Source of the DNA: Candidatus Poribacteria bacterium
GTDB taxonomy: Bacteria; Poribacteria; WGA-4E; PCPOR2b
Reading direction: 5' to 3'
Assembly: GCA_965208675.1 (NCBI GenBank)
Contig: OZ242351.1
Location: 4,800,001-4,864,000, forward strand
Length of the DNA stretch: 64,000 bases
The translations under genes and the position numbers were made by a program. Under the pieces are notes generated by a model. The model was given only the letters and a program-made list of their open reading frames with translations. It did no database searches and was not told the origin of the DNA. Shown one piece after another: positions 31,676 to 42,926 of this stretch (positions are counted from its first letter, which is position 1; each line of letters starts with the position of its first letter).

Positions 31676-32697
31676 GTGTTTCCTCCAATCCTGATTCGTG
31701 GATCGAAATAGATGTAAAGCAGGTCAACAATCAGATTGACGGCCATGAAAACGGTAGCCACAAATAGCACACCTCCTTGAACCGGTCGAATATCTCTGGC
31801 TTCGACAGCGGCGCGCAGCCATGAACCGAGTCCTGGCCAAGAAAAGATGTGTTCGGTTAGAATAGCACCGCCCAGTAAGTATCCGAAATTCAAACCAATA
31901 ACAGTCAACACAGGATTGACGCTATTTTTCAGCGCGTGCTTAAGCACAATTTTCGATTTTGAAAGCCCTTTCGCATGCGCGGTCATGATGTATTGTTGAT
32001 TCAATACTTCAAGTAGGCTAGAACGAGTCATGCGCGCAATGATTGCCAACGGAATTGTGCCAAGCGTCACTGCGGGAAGAATCAGGTGCCAGATTGCATT
32101 CCGAAACGCGGCAAAGTTTCCGGCAAGCAGCGTATCTATCAACAAAAAGTTTGTGCGATGTTGTATTTTTAGGTTTGCATCTAAAAGAGTATCTAATCGT
32201 TGGGAACTTGGGAAAATCGGAAATGTGTAGGCGAACAGCAGAATTAACATTAACCCGAGCCAGAATATTGGCATCGAAATTCCCGCCAACGATCCGAACA
32301 TTGTGGAATAGTCCCAAAACTTGCCGTGATTGACCGCGGCTAAAATCCCCGTACCGACGCCGAAAACAATCGAGAATCCCATCGCCGCGACTGTCAGTTC
32401 AACCGTTGCCGGGAAATAGTGTAAAATTTCATCAACTACGCGCGCATTTGTCTTAAACGACCGCCCCAAATCTAAGTGAATCAGATCCCAAAGAAACACT
32501 CCATACTGCCGATAGAGCGGCTGATTCAGTCCCATCTGTTGACGAAGTTTAGCCAGCGCGTCCGCCGTGGCGCGTTCTCCTAAAATCGTTAGCGCCGCAT
32601 CACCGGGAATTAGATGAACCATAAAGAAGACGAGAACCGACACACCGAAGAGAGACAACGCCATAGAGAGCAGCCGTTGCGAGATGTATGTAGTCAT
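31672..32697 (-). CDS. Peptide/nickel ABC transporter permease (DppB/OppB-like)
   Basis: IPGDA, DLGRSF, FPATVEL, YIMTAHAKGL, DPRI. Confidence 0.95.
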   Translation of the reverse strand: MTTYISQRLLSMALSLFGVSVLVFFMVHLIPGDAALTILGERATADALAKLRQQMGLNQPLYRQYGVFLWDLIHLDLGRSFKTNARVVDEILHYFPATVELTVAAMGFSIVFGVGTGILAAVNHGKFWDYSTMFGSLAGISMPIFWLGLMLILLFAYTFPIFPSSQRLDTLLDANLKIQHRTNFLLIDTLLAGNFAAFRNAIWHLILPAVTLGTIPLAIIARMTRSSLLEVLNQQYIMTAHAKGLSKSKIVLKHALKNSVNPVLTVIGLNFGYLLGGAILTEHIFSWPGLGSWLRAAVEARDIRPVQGGVLFVATVFMAVNLIVDLLYIYFDPRIRIGGNT

Positions 32698-32785
32698 GCG
32701 TAATGCGTAATGTGTAAATGGTTGGCTGCTTCTAGCTAGTGAAACGAAGTTTATCTGACTTGAATTTCACTTCGAGCAGCAAGAC

Positions 32786-35700
32786 CTATTTCAAGATTAC
32801 CATTGGCCGCAATTGACGGAATGACGGCGTCCGTAGCTGGTAAAAGTAAAGACCGCTGGCAACCATTTCGCCGAGTTTATTACGGCCATCCCAGTAGGCA
32901 GCTTTTTCCTGCGCGGTATAATAGCCTGCCAACCGATGCCCTAGTTCCAGACTACGAACCGCTGCACCCTTAATATCAAATATCGTCAACGTGACGTTCG
33001 CATCGTCCGCCAACTGATATGGCATCCACGTCTCCGGATTGAACGGGTTCGGGTAGTTTGGCAACAGTGCCGTCTTGATAGGTATTTCGTATGCGGATAT
33101 TGCCGGCAACTGGATTTTATTGTTAATCACATCGCTGTCTGTTACCGTGTAGTGCAACGGCTGAACACCAATTAGCGGACGTGAGAATTCGGCAGAGATT
33201 TCAATGGCATCTCCGACCTGTGCCGCATGACTAGCTGCAGTTTCAACTAAGGTCAGTTGATAGCCAATCCCGTCTGTGTGCAGACTGCCACCGTCCGTTG
33301 TGTGAACCGTCGACTTCATGCCGGAAGCCAAATTTGTCAACGTTACCCTCAATTTTAGCGGCGTAATCGATAAATCGCTCTCCGGAGTTCCATTCTCGTA
33401 AATGATCGATCCGATTATGCACAATAGGGGCGTAGTTTTCGTAAAATTGATACCGTTGCGTGATAATGGCGCTGCGGCACCCGTGCCCGTGAATCCACCC
33501 CAACCATCGCCGGAGATTGCAATTGACGCTGCGGATTGTGCATCCATGATAAACGACTGACCGCCAGTTATGTGGACATCTCCGTCATCTCCTGCATGTT
33601 CAACGACCTTGAAAATTCCGTCAACTGACACTGTGACAGAAGATACATTGTCACGAATTCCTTCGAGAGCGAGCAGGTCGCTTACTCGTTCGATTCGTGA
33701 ATCGCGGAGAGGCACCGCCACGAGGTTTGTTCCTTGCATCAACGAAATTGTACTGCTCCCCTCTTCGCCGAGTGGGTGGCCTGTCAGAAGAAGTTCCACC
33801 GGCGCCCTCATACTTGCAATTATGCCTTCGTCATCTGTCAATTGAGGGTCTTCGGTTTTGCCTCGGCTGGAGTCTCCGAGGTAACTGTGCCACTGCTGCC
33901 TTTGGCGATCTCTAGTCGTGATCAAATTCACCGTCGCCGCTCCACCGAGGGCGTCGTAGAGGTCGCTAACAGATTCGATTGTACCTGTCTCCCCGTCAAC
34001 TGAAGTAACCCGCAATGGAATGTGTATCAAACTAGTACCCCTTGGTACCGAGAGAGCAAACTCGCGTCTTTTTGCAACGGCATTAAAGATTACCGGCGTC
34101 TCTACTCCCGCGGCGGACACTTCGGCCGTGTGTATTCCCGGATTTGTCCCTAAGGTTAACCAACTTTCCGATCTGCCGTTAGCGCCAGTTTGTGTGCTAG
34201 TAATGCTGAGTGTCCCATGCCCCGCGGTTACTGTAAAGGTCAGAACCACGCCTTCAAGCGGCGCACCTTTCTTGTCTTGTACTTCAACTACGAACGGGTC
34301 GCCAAGCATCGCACCTGGTAGTCCCTCCTGCAAATCACCTGAAATTATCACAATTTTGTTGGGAAATCGGACGCCTTCAGCATTGAAAATTATTGAACTG
34401 TCGATCCCAGACGCAGACACAGCGACCGTATTAGTTCCAGCGTTCGGTCCAAGGGTAAGTCTGCTTACTGCCCTTCCGTTACTATCGGTTTTAGTGCTTG
34501 TGGTGGACAATGATCCTCCTCCAGCAGTTGCCTCGAAGGTTACCTGAACCTCAGATAAGGGTTTATCCGACTGGTCTCTCACCTCAACAATTAGCGGATT
34601 TGGAAGTGTCTCGCCGGGGAAACCTTCTTGGTTATCGCCCGAGATTTTCGACAGTTCGTTAGCCACTCGAATTCCCTTTGCGGTAAAGGTCAGCGGCTGC
34701 GAAATCCCTTCGACTTTAACACGTACGGTGTTCCTTACCGAAACCTGCCCCAATGTAAGAGTACACTCTGCCCTGCCGTTGGAGTCGGTCGTTGCGTTAG
34801 GCGTATTGAGCGAGCCCCCGCCTTCCGTTACCGAAAACGCTACGGGAACCCCTTCAAATGCAAGACTGTTCTCATCCTTTACTTCGACGACGAACGGATT
34901 GGGAAGCGCTGCGCCGGGTGCACTGCTTTGGTTATTGCCAGAAACCTGGCTTAGTTCTGTTGGATTACGGTCGTCGAACATGATGTCTACGCCGCGTGCT
35001 TTTAGGGTTGGTATGTGCGATTTAATAGATTCGTAGCTAAGGAGGTTTTCGCGAAGGTTTATCTCGTCTCCGTTTCCCAATCCCATATTTGATACTAAAT
35101 TCGCAAGGTCTGATATTTTGTTGTCGGAAAGTTGGAGATTCCGCAGGGTCGTCAATCCCTCTAGCGACGAGATATCCGATACCTTATTGGCGTCGAGAAG
35201 AAGAGATTCCAAGTTGGTCAACCCCGCCAGCGGTGAGATGTCTTCTATTGAATTGTGTCTAAGCGCCAACAGCGTAAGACCGGTCAATTCCTCGACATCC
35301 GAGATTTCCGAAACTGAGTTGTCGTCAACGACGAGCCATGTCAGCTTGGTTAAACCTGACAATGGAGATAGGTCAGATATAGAGTTGCCGCTAAGCGCAA
35401 GTTGTATTAAGTTGACTAAACCGGCAAGCGGGTAAATGTCTTCGATTGAGTTGTGCCTTAGGTCTAGGTGCGTGAAGTTCACAGCGAACTCCATCCCAGT
35501 CAAATCACTAATGCCGAGGCTCCAGGTTCCCTCTTCAGTGAAGACTAGCGTCGCCATCTCAGCTTGGGATATCGGTTCCCCTGCTACCTTCTCAAGGGAT
35601 TTCTCAACAACGATGCGGAGTTTTGGGTCGGGAATCTCTACAGGCTGTCCCGCCGAAGCGTTAAAGGTCACCGTAAAACCCAAGGCAGAGGCATTGACGG

Positions 35701-37072
35701 TGTTTGGTCCTAGGTTGGGACCGAGTGTTAGTGTGCTCATTGCACTCCCGTTGTCAAGTGTCGATACGCCTGTTGTGCTGAGATTGCCGCCTCCGGCAGT
35801 CACGGAAAATGAAACCCAAACGCCAGGCCGCGCCAAACCGGTGTTTACATCGCGCAATTCGACGATAAAAGGGAGTGGCAACGGTGTACTGGGTAAGCCC
35901 GCCGGCTGATTATCGCCGGAGATTTTTGTCAGTGCATGAAGTGTTTCCGGAAAAAGGTTAAAATCGGTTTCGCTCTTATTTCCGTTTATGTCCACTACGA
36001 CAGCACGGATTGGGTGAACAGCGCGGTCGGAAAGACTTTCGAATTCCTAGAGGGTAAAATCGCCGTCATAATCGAATTCAACGGATCCTTGTTTTTCTCC
36101 TCGAAATTCACGGCACATCCTCAGCCTGTCGTTTCTCAGCCTGTTGTTCCTTAGTCTGTCAACGCCGAACACGAGCACTTGATGAAGCCCCTCGTAATCG
36201 GAAACCCTGAGTTGGATTGAGATAGTTTCCGAACCTGCCGCGTACCTACGCGGCGAAACGAGGTCGATAGCCGGTGGATTTCTAAACCCGGAAGAAATGG
36301 CGGGATTGAAATACCTCTGGATTTGCAGCCATTTGACAGCACACCGGGACAATCTCGTGGTTTGCCCCCATACCCACGGTCCGTAGGACATTACGTGTTC
36401 ATTGGCGCGGAAATCGTGTTTTAATCCGAAGGTATGGCCTAGTTCGTGTGCCGCGAGTGGATGGCTAAAAAACTTACCGGAGGCGGGGATAGCTGCGAAA
36501 CCGCCCCAATCCCGGTAAGTAGAACCAACACCTGCCGCATTACCAATCTGTTCGTTGCTGACATCCACGGCTGCCAAGTAGATGTTCTGCGAGGTATCAA
36601 ACCGTTTGTGGACTTCATTCCAGACCTGGTAAAAAGTTTCTAGCCTAGAACTGTGAGGAGAATCGCGGTAATAGGAATCGAAGAACTGCCCGTAGACTCG
36701 ATGTACCACCGCCTTCCCACTGTAATCAGTTTCGATGTTGAAGGTCCTTCTGCCGAAGCCGTGGTTTTCCATCTGGTCGGCATAGAATTCGCGGACACCT
36801 TTAATCAGCGTGTCCATTTTACTCTCAATGTCTTCCCTCGGTTGACGGTCAGCGGGAAGAAAGTAGATTAACCGCACCGTGCGCGGCGCACCGATGTCAC
36901 GATTTGCAAAGGTGCGGACAGGTTTCTGTGTGAACCCCTGGAGTTCAGAATAACCGCACAAATGGATTTCGTTACTCGGCAATAATGGGAAAGCGGCAAT
37001 CGCTGCTGAATCGTAGTATCCCAGATACACCGCAATCAAATAAAGGATAAGACGACGTAGGTGGGTTTTCAT
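32786..37072 (-). pseudogene. Secreted metzincin-like protease + Big-type Ig repeats + internalin-like LRR + FlgD-Ig domain; one 1428-codon frame interrupted by a single in-frame TAG at 36047-36049 (track ORFs 36047-37072 and 32786-35995)
   Basis: Both ORFs share a frame; translation reads DGDFTL*EFESLSDRAVHPIRAVVVDINGNK; HELGHTFGLKHD + Met-turn (VMSY); four ISGDNQ...PFxVEVRD repeats; LRRs; NYPNPFNPETW. Confidence 0.75.
36120..36164. repeat. Imperfect 15-bp tandem repeat x3 (encodes DRLRN/NRLRN/DRLRM)
   Basis: CTCAGCCTGTCGTTT / CTCAGCCTGTTGTTC / CTTAGTCTGTCAACG. Confidence 0.75.
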
Positions 37073-37138
37073 CGAGTAAGTTGTTACGTAATATTCAATC
37101 GGGGAGGTTGGATTGAATGGATTATACTGGTGTTCGTT

Positions 37139-38734
37139 TTATTGCTCAAGCCAAATTTGCCGGAAATATTTCCACGTCGTCGGGTGTAGCTTGAGATTTT
37201 TGACTCTTTTGTTGATGATAACAATCTGTTTGGCGTGTGCGAGTGGCACCCAAGGGATGTCTCGGTGAAAGATTCGCTGGGCTTCTTTGTAAAGTTCGAT
37301 GCGTTCCGCTTGATTGGTGGCTGATTGCGCTTGGACGAGGATGTCCTGCATTTCATCACTGCGATAGAAGGAGATATTGCCCGCCGGCTTTTGTGCAGCC
37401 TCTTTGCTCAAGAGGTAGTAGAAGAAGTTGTCCGGATCGCCGATGTCGGCGGACCACCCGAGCATTGCCATATCGTGTTCTCCGTATTTTGTCTTCTCCA
37501 GATACGTCCCCCAATCATACGTCACAATCTTTCCTATGATTCCGACGCGGCGTAAATCCGATTGGATAACCGCTGCGAGGAGTCGTCCGGCGGGAATGTA
37601 CGGCCGCGGCACCGGCAATGCCCATAGTGTAGTTTCAAAACCTTCTGGATAACCCGCTTCTTTGAGTAATTGTTTTGCTTTTTCGGGATTATACGTGTAT
37701 TCCTCAATCGAATCATCGTAACTCCACATCGTCGGCGGGATAGGGTTTTTGGCGGGAATTCCCATCCCTTGATACAATTGCTTGATAATTTCGTGCTTGT
37801 TTATAGCATGATTGACGGCGCGGCGTATCTTAAGGTTGTCGAACGGCTTTCTATCCATGTTCATTGCTAAATAACCGACGTTCATCCCGGGCTGCTCAAC
37901 GATTTCAAGTTGAGTATCCTCGCGAATCTGTGGTAGGTCATCGGGGTTGGGAAACTCCATCGCGTCAATACTCCCATTTTGCAGTTCTATGAGTCGCACC
38001 GAATTGTCAGGAATCGATCGGAAAATAATTCGGTCAAGCGGCGGGCGGCCGCCCCAATAGTCGTGGTTTACTTCGAGGACAACCTTATCGCCACGATCCC
38101 AGCGTACGAATTTGAACGGTCCCGTGCCGACGGGACGGTTGGTAAAATTTTCCAGGGATTCGCGTGCTGAGGCTGGACTAACGATCGAAAAGGGCGTCAT
38201 CGCAATAGTATAAATGAAAGGTGCGTATGGGCGTGTGAGGGTTATCTGGACCGTGAAACGATCCACCGCGGTGACTTTATCTACGATTTCAGCAAGTCCG
38301 GTGTCAGACCAGTAGATATAAGGTCCCCCGACATTATGGAAAGGGTGAGCGGAATTGTGCTGCCGGTTGAGGGAAAAAAGCACAGCCGCGGCGTCGAACG
38401 GTGTTCCGTCATGAAACTTGACATCTTTTCTAAGATGGAACGTCCAGGACAGTCCATCAGAAGAGGCTTCCCACGAACTTGCCAACGCCGGTTCGACTTC
38501 GGTGCTCTCATCCTTGTATTGTATTAGTGTGTCGTAGATGGCGCCGCATACCTTGAAGGACTCTCCATCTTCTTCATGCGCAGGGTCCAACCCGACAGAG
38601 TCGCCTCCGCGACCAAAGATAAGCGTACCGCCGACTATCGGTCGTGCACCCTCCGTACATATTGGTAGGGCGAGTGCCCAGAGAAGCGCAGTGAATAAGA
38701 CTATATTACAAGTTTTGATGCCATGTTTTCCCAT
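37139..38734 (-). CDS. ABC transporter substrate-binding protein, family 5 (DppA-like)
   Basis: Signal peptide; LASSWE.S.DG..WTFHLRKDVKFHDG; PVGTGPFKF; PVPRPY. Confidence 0.95.
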   Translation of the reverse strand: MGKHGIKTCNIVLFTALLWALALPICTEGARPIVGGTLIFGRGGDSVGLDPAHEEDGESFKVCGAIYDTLIQYKDESTEVEPALASSWEASSDGLSWTFHLRKDVKFHDGTPFDAAAVLFSLNRQHNSAHPFHNVGGPYIYWSDTGLAEIVDKVTAVDRFTVQITLTRPYAPFIYTIAMTPFSIVSPASARESLENFTNRPVGTGPFKFVRWDRGDKVVLEVNHDYWGGRPPLDRIIFRSIPDNSVRLIELQNGSIDAMEFPNPDDLPQIREDTQLEIVEQPGMNVGYLAMNMDRKPFDNLKIRRAVNHAINKHEIIKQLYQGMGIPAKNPIPPTMWSYDDSIEEYTYNPEKAKQLLKEAGYPEGFETTLWALPVPRPYIPAGRLLAAVIQSDLRRVGIIGKIVTYDWGTYLEKTKYGEHDMAMLGWSADIGDPDNFFYYLLSKEAAQKPAGNISFYRSDEMQDILVQAQSATNQAERIELYKEAQRIFHRDIPWVPLAHAKQIVIINKRVKNLKLHPTTWKYFRQIWLEQ

Positions 38735-38746
38735 AGAGTTTTTACC

Positions 38747-39769
38747 TCACCATTTAATATGAAAAACCTTGTTCTGGTTTGCCGACTCGTAGCCGCCAAA
38801 CACGAGCTCAAGCGTTTTCAAGTTATCAGCGCCAGATGTACACGGCTCGAGTCCGCGGTGTAAGCAGTCTACCCAATGTTTCTGGGTATTCATGACACTT
38901 TCAGCAAGTGCCCCGCCCAACGGGCTATCCCAAGAATATTGGGAAGGCGGCAAATGGTAGTGGTTAAGTCGCTTTCGCGATACAACACTGAGTTGATAGT
39001 CGCGCCGAATTTCCAGTGACCCGCAATCTCCTTCGATTCGCACCGGTATATGTATGATTTCATCATGCTCTACGGCTGATACGTAGTGCATATTTGCGAC
39101 GCTGGTTCGGTTCTCATGTCGAAGCAGGGCGACAGCGACATCTTCGCCGCGAATGTCCGGGTTGATACGATGGATTTGTGCGGAAAAGCTGGTGACTTCT
39201 CCCATAAAGAACCTCACGAGATCGAACATATGCACCCCCATATCCAAAAGAACCATCCGTTCTTCCGTAGCAAGGTAAGGTTGATTAGGGTAAACATCGT
39301 ACCCGGTACGGAAAGACATTTGAGCGAAGAACGGGATGCCAATTTCGCCCGCGTCAATAATCTGTTTCGCATGTTGGATGATGCCTTGCCATCGGATATT
39401 CTCGTGCACCATAAAGGATAGGCCTGCAGATTGGCAAACGTCGACCATCGCGGTCGCATCTTCCAACGACATGGCCATCGGCTTTTGGCAGATTACATGC
39501 CTGCCATAAAGGGCAGCCATTTCCACGAGTTCACGGTGGGTCGGTGGCGCCGTGACGATGTCAACGAAGTCGAGCGGTTCGTTTGCAAGCATCTCTTCAG
39601 CATGCTCGTATGCATTCCCGGCGTTGAACTTTGCCGCCGCCGCGTTTGCGCGATCTGCCTGTAAATCGCAGACCGCCGCAAGCGTTACATCTTCGATTGC
39701 ATTCCAAGCGGAAAGGTGATTTTGCGCGAAGAACCCGCATCCGATTACGCCAGCGTTCAATTTTTTCAT
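38747..39769 (-). CDS. Gfo/Idh/MocA family oxidoreductase
   Basis: GVIGCGFFA, HVICQKPMA, DMGVH. Confidence 0.93.
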   Translation of the reverse strand: MKKLNAGVIGCGFFAQNHLSAWNAIEDVTLAAVCDLQADRANAAAAKFNAGNAYEHAEEMLANEPLDFVDIVTAPPTHRELVEMAALYGRHVICQKPMAMSLEDATAMVDVCQSAGLSFMVHENIRWQGIIQHAKQIIDAGEIGIPFFAQMSFRTGYDVYPNQPYLATEERMVLLDMGVHMFDLVRFFMGEVTSFSAQIHRINPDIRGEDVAVALLRHENRTSVANMHYVSAVEHDEIIHIPVRIEGDCGSLEIRRDYQLSVVSRKRLNHYHLPPSQYSWDSPLGGALAESVMNTQKHWVDCLHRGLEPCTSGADNLKTLELVFGGYESANQNKVFHIKW

Positions 39770-39797
39770 TTCGATCGCGTAAGTTTTTTATTAAGCC

Positions 39798-42740
39798 TTA
39801 TGCCCGTGATTCTTGAATAGCATCACGGAAAACTTCAATTAGATGTTTCGCCGATTTTCCCGTCCCGTGTTCAATCTGGTGCCGGCAGGAGAATCCCGCG
39901 GCGACAATTTCAAAGTCGCCTTTTTTTTCCTCGACAGCTTTGAAAAGTTCGCGGCGACCACACTCCATTGAGACCTGGTAGTGCTCAGCTTCATATCCGA
40001 ACGACCCTGCCATGCCGCAACATCCAGAATCAATAACCTTCACATCGTGTCCGGTGGGCAAACTTAGAACTTGCACAGACGGTGAAATACCAATCAACGC
40101 CTTTTGGTGACAGTGACCGTGCAAAACAACATTTTTCTGCGTATCTTTAAATTGAACAGGAAATTCTCCATTCTCGTGGCATGCGAGTAAAAATTCCTCA
40201 ATCATGAACGTGTGTTGTGCAACAATCTCGGCATCGCTGCCCGGGATGAGGTCCACGTAATCATCACGCAGGGCTGAGACACAACTCGGTTCACAACCGA
40301 TAATGGGCGTGCCTTCGTTGGCATAAGGGAGGAGATTCTCAATATTGTATTGTGCATTCTCGATTGCATGATCGAGCATGCCTTTGGATATCATAGGCCG
40401 GCCGCAACAACGCTTGTCAGGCAATACGACTTCAAATCCCGCGGCTTCAAGCACTGTTACTGCGGCTTTTCCAATTTGGGGTTCGTTAAAATTCATGAAG
40501 GTGTCATGAAATAACACGACCTGCTTACGGTTTACCGCGTAATTTCCCGGCATTCGTTTTGCATACCACTTTTGAAAGGATTCCCGAGCGAAGGCCGGTA
40601 GCGTTCGTCGCCGGTCAATGCCAATGGTTCTTTCCATCGCCCATTTCGAGGCGCGGTTATTCGCTAACCAGTTTGATACTGGAGCCGTCGCTGATCCAAT
40701 TGCACTTAGCGTGGCGATATTTCCAAATATCCTGTTGCGGAGAGGTAGACCGTTTGCATTGTGATAGTGAGCCAAAAATTCGTATTTGAGTTTCGCCATG
40801 TCCACGTTTGACGCGCATTCTGCCTTACATCCTTTACACTCCAAACAAAGACTTAGCACGTCGTACAACCGCCTGTCTTTGAATTGTTCCGCTGGTAATT
40901 TTCCGGACAGCACAGCCCGAAGCACGTTTGCCCGGCCGCGTGTGGAATGCTCTTCCTCCATCGTCACCATAAAGGAGGGGCACATTGTGCCGCCGAGTTT
41001 CTTGCGGCACGCTCCAACACCGTTACACATCTCAATTGCACCGGAAAACCCACCTTGACTGGAAAAGTCAAAGTAGCTGTCAATCTGAATTGTCCGGTAA
41101 TTTTCACCGTAGCGCAGGTTTTCCGTCATCGGCGGCGAGTCTATTATTTTACCCGGGTTCATAATGCCCTTTGGATCAAATGCGGTTTTGACTTGGCGAA
41201 ACGCATTGTAGATTTGCGCCCCAAATGTAGTTTCAATCCATTCGCTTCGCACAAGCCCGTCACCATGTTCGCCGCTCATCGTACCACCAAACTCCAACGT
41301 TAAATCCAGAACGCGGCATGCGATGCTGCGCATTTTTTGAATTTCGACCTTTTGCTTTAGATTAATTACCGGTCGGATGTGCAAAAGTCCAACACTCGCA
41401 TGGGCATAATAGACCGCTGTTGTGTTGTGATCGGCGAGGAGTTTTTCAAAGAGACGGACATATTCGGGTAAACTATCTACGGGGATTGCGGCGTCTTCTA
41501 CAAAGGGTATCGGTTTGTAATCTCCTTTCATACCCATCATCAACCCAAGCCCCGCCTTGCGAATATTCCATACTTGCGATTGCTCAAAGGTAGTCATGCA
41601 TCGGACAAACGCATAACCTAATCCAATCGAATTTAGTTTACGTTCGAGCGTATCGAGTTTGTCTACCAACTCGTTATCGGACTCACCATAAAACTCTACA
41701 GCAAGAATTGCCGCTGGATCGCCTTGTATGAAAGTTCGTAGGCGTGAATATTCTAGCGATCCTTTTGTCATATCAAGGATGGTTTTATCTACTAGCTCTA
41801 CAGCGGAGGGGTGACACTCGAGAATTGTATTCACAGCTTCCATCGATTCCATTAGTGTATCGAAATGGATTGCGACGACGGATGTCTTCGTGGGACGCGG
41901 CACAAGGTTAATCTTAGCTTCGACCGTAGTGGCAAGTGTTCCTTCAGATCCAACGACGATTTTGGCTAAGTTGAACGGACGTTCAACGTCCCAGCTAGAC
42001 CGCCTGTACGGCGTTACCTCTTTTGAACCGGCATTCGGAATGAACTCATCAAGGTTATATCCGGAGACGCGGCGCAAAATGCGTGGAAACCGCTCTCGAA
42101 TTTCTTGGGAGTTTTCCGCAGTTATACGGCATATTTCACGATATAAATGGCTTTCACGAGAGTTTCCCTGCTTTTTAACCGCGAGCTCGTCGAGCGAGAC
42201 GGGTTCAGCCGTAATCTCTTCGCCGTCGGGAAGAACCAGTTCTAAAGATATTACATGATCAATCGTTTTACCGTAAATTAAAGAGTGGGCCCCCGCTGAG
42301 TTGTTTCCTATCATGCCCCCGACGGTCGCTTGACTGCTAGTCGACACATCCGGTGCAAACATCAGGTTATACGGTTTCAGATTGTGATTCAATTCGTCCA
42401 GAACAACCCCCGGTTGGACACGTGCCCACTGATTTTCAATATTTACCTCAATAATGGTGTCCATGTATTTGGACATATCCATGATTATCGCTTCACCGAT
42501 CGCTTGCCCTGCCAGACTCGTGCCGCCTCCGCGTGCGAGGATTGGCACATTCCGGTCATGGGCGATTTGAATAGTTGTTAGCACATCCTTCTTATGACGG
42601 GGGACGACAACGCCTATTGGATTAATTTGATAAATGCTTGCGTCTGTACTGTATAATACTTTAGAATAAAGATCGAAGCGCACTTCACCTTCAATTTGAT
42701 TGGTCAGTAGGTGTTCAAGTTCGTTGGATGAATTATACAT
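39798..42740 (-). CDS. FAD-binding/4Fe-4S oxidoreductase (GlcD-GlpC fusion, YdiJ/D-lactate dehydrogenase-like)
   Basis: YSTDASIY, RGGGTSLAGQ, GSEGTL, GEHGDG, CLECKGCKAEC, two CCG domains. Confidence 0.92.
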   Translation of the reverse strand: MYNSSNELEHLLTNQIEGEVRFDLYSKVLYSTDASIYQINPIGVVVPRHKKDVLTTIQIAHDRNVPILARGGGTSLAGQAIGEAIIMDMSKYMDTIIEVNIENQWARVQPGVVLDELNHNLKPYNLMFAPDVSTSSQATVGGMIGNNSAGAHSLIYGKTIDHVISLELVLPDGEEITAEPVSLDELAVKKQGNSRESHLYREICRITAENSQEIRERFPRILRRVSGYNLDEFIPNAGSKEVTPYRRSSWDVERPFNLAKIVVGSEGTLATTVEAKINLVPRPTKTSVVAIHFDTLMESMEAVNTILECHPSAVELVDKTILDMTKGSLEYSRLRTFIQGDPAAILAVEFYGESDNELVDKLDTLERKLNSIGLGYAFVRCMTTFEQSQVWNIRKAGLGLMMGMKGDYKPIPFVEDAAIPVDSLPEYVRLFEKLLADHNTTAVYYAHASVGLLHIRPVINLKQKVEIQKMRSIACRVLDLTLEFGGTMSGEHGDGLVRSEWIETTFGAQIYNAFRQVKTAFDPKGIMNPGKIIDSPPMTENLRYGENYRTIQIDSYFDFSSQGGFSGAIEMCNGVGACRKKLGGTMCPSFMVTMEEEHSTRGRANVLRAVLSGKLPAEQFKDRRLYDVLSLCLECKGCKAECASNVDMAKLKYEFLAHYHNANGLPLRNRIFGNIATLSAIGSATAPVSNWLANNRASKWAMERTIGIDRRRTLPAFARESFQKWYAKRMPGNYAVNRKQVVLFHDTFMNFNEPQIGKAAVTVLEAAGFEVVLPDKRCCGRPMISKGMLDHAIENAQYNIENLLPYANEGTPIIGCEPSCVSALRDDYVDLIPGSDAEIVAQHTFMIEEFLLACHENGEFPVQFKDTQKNVVLHGHCHQKALIGISPSVQVLSLPTGHDVKVIDSGCCGMAGSFGYEAEHYQVSMECGRRELFKAVEEKKGDFEIVAAGFSCRHQIEHGTGKSAKHLIEVFRDAIQESRA

Positions 42741-42926
42741 AAAGACTGTATTCGCACCCCGATAGCCGTTCTTCCCGTTGATGCACTCTGCAATTTCTGT
42801 ACGTGGGGTTTGGGATTGTAGTAGGCGTTGTATTTCCTGGGGCCGCTGACCTGATTGATTGGTTAACAGTTAAGATTGAGGGCTGCGTGGTAAAAGTGAT
42901 TTTGAATCCACTCACAAATGCTAAAC

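Noticed and set aside
36000-36049. Pyrrolysine or selenocysteine recoding of the in-frame stop
   Set aside because: The codon is TAG, not TGA, so Sec does not apply; no convincing downstream hairpin and no pyl genes in the window; many ordinary genes here end in TAG
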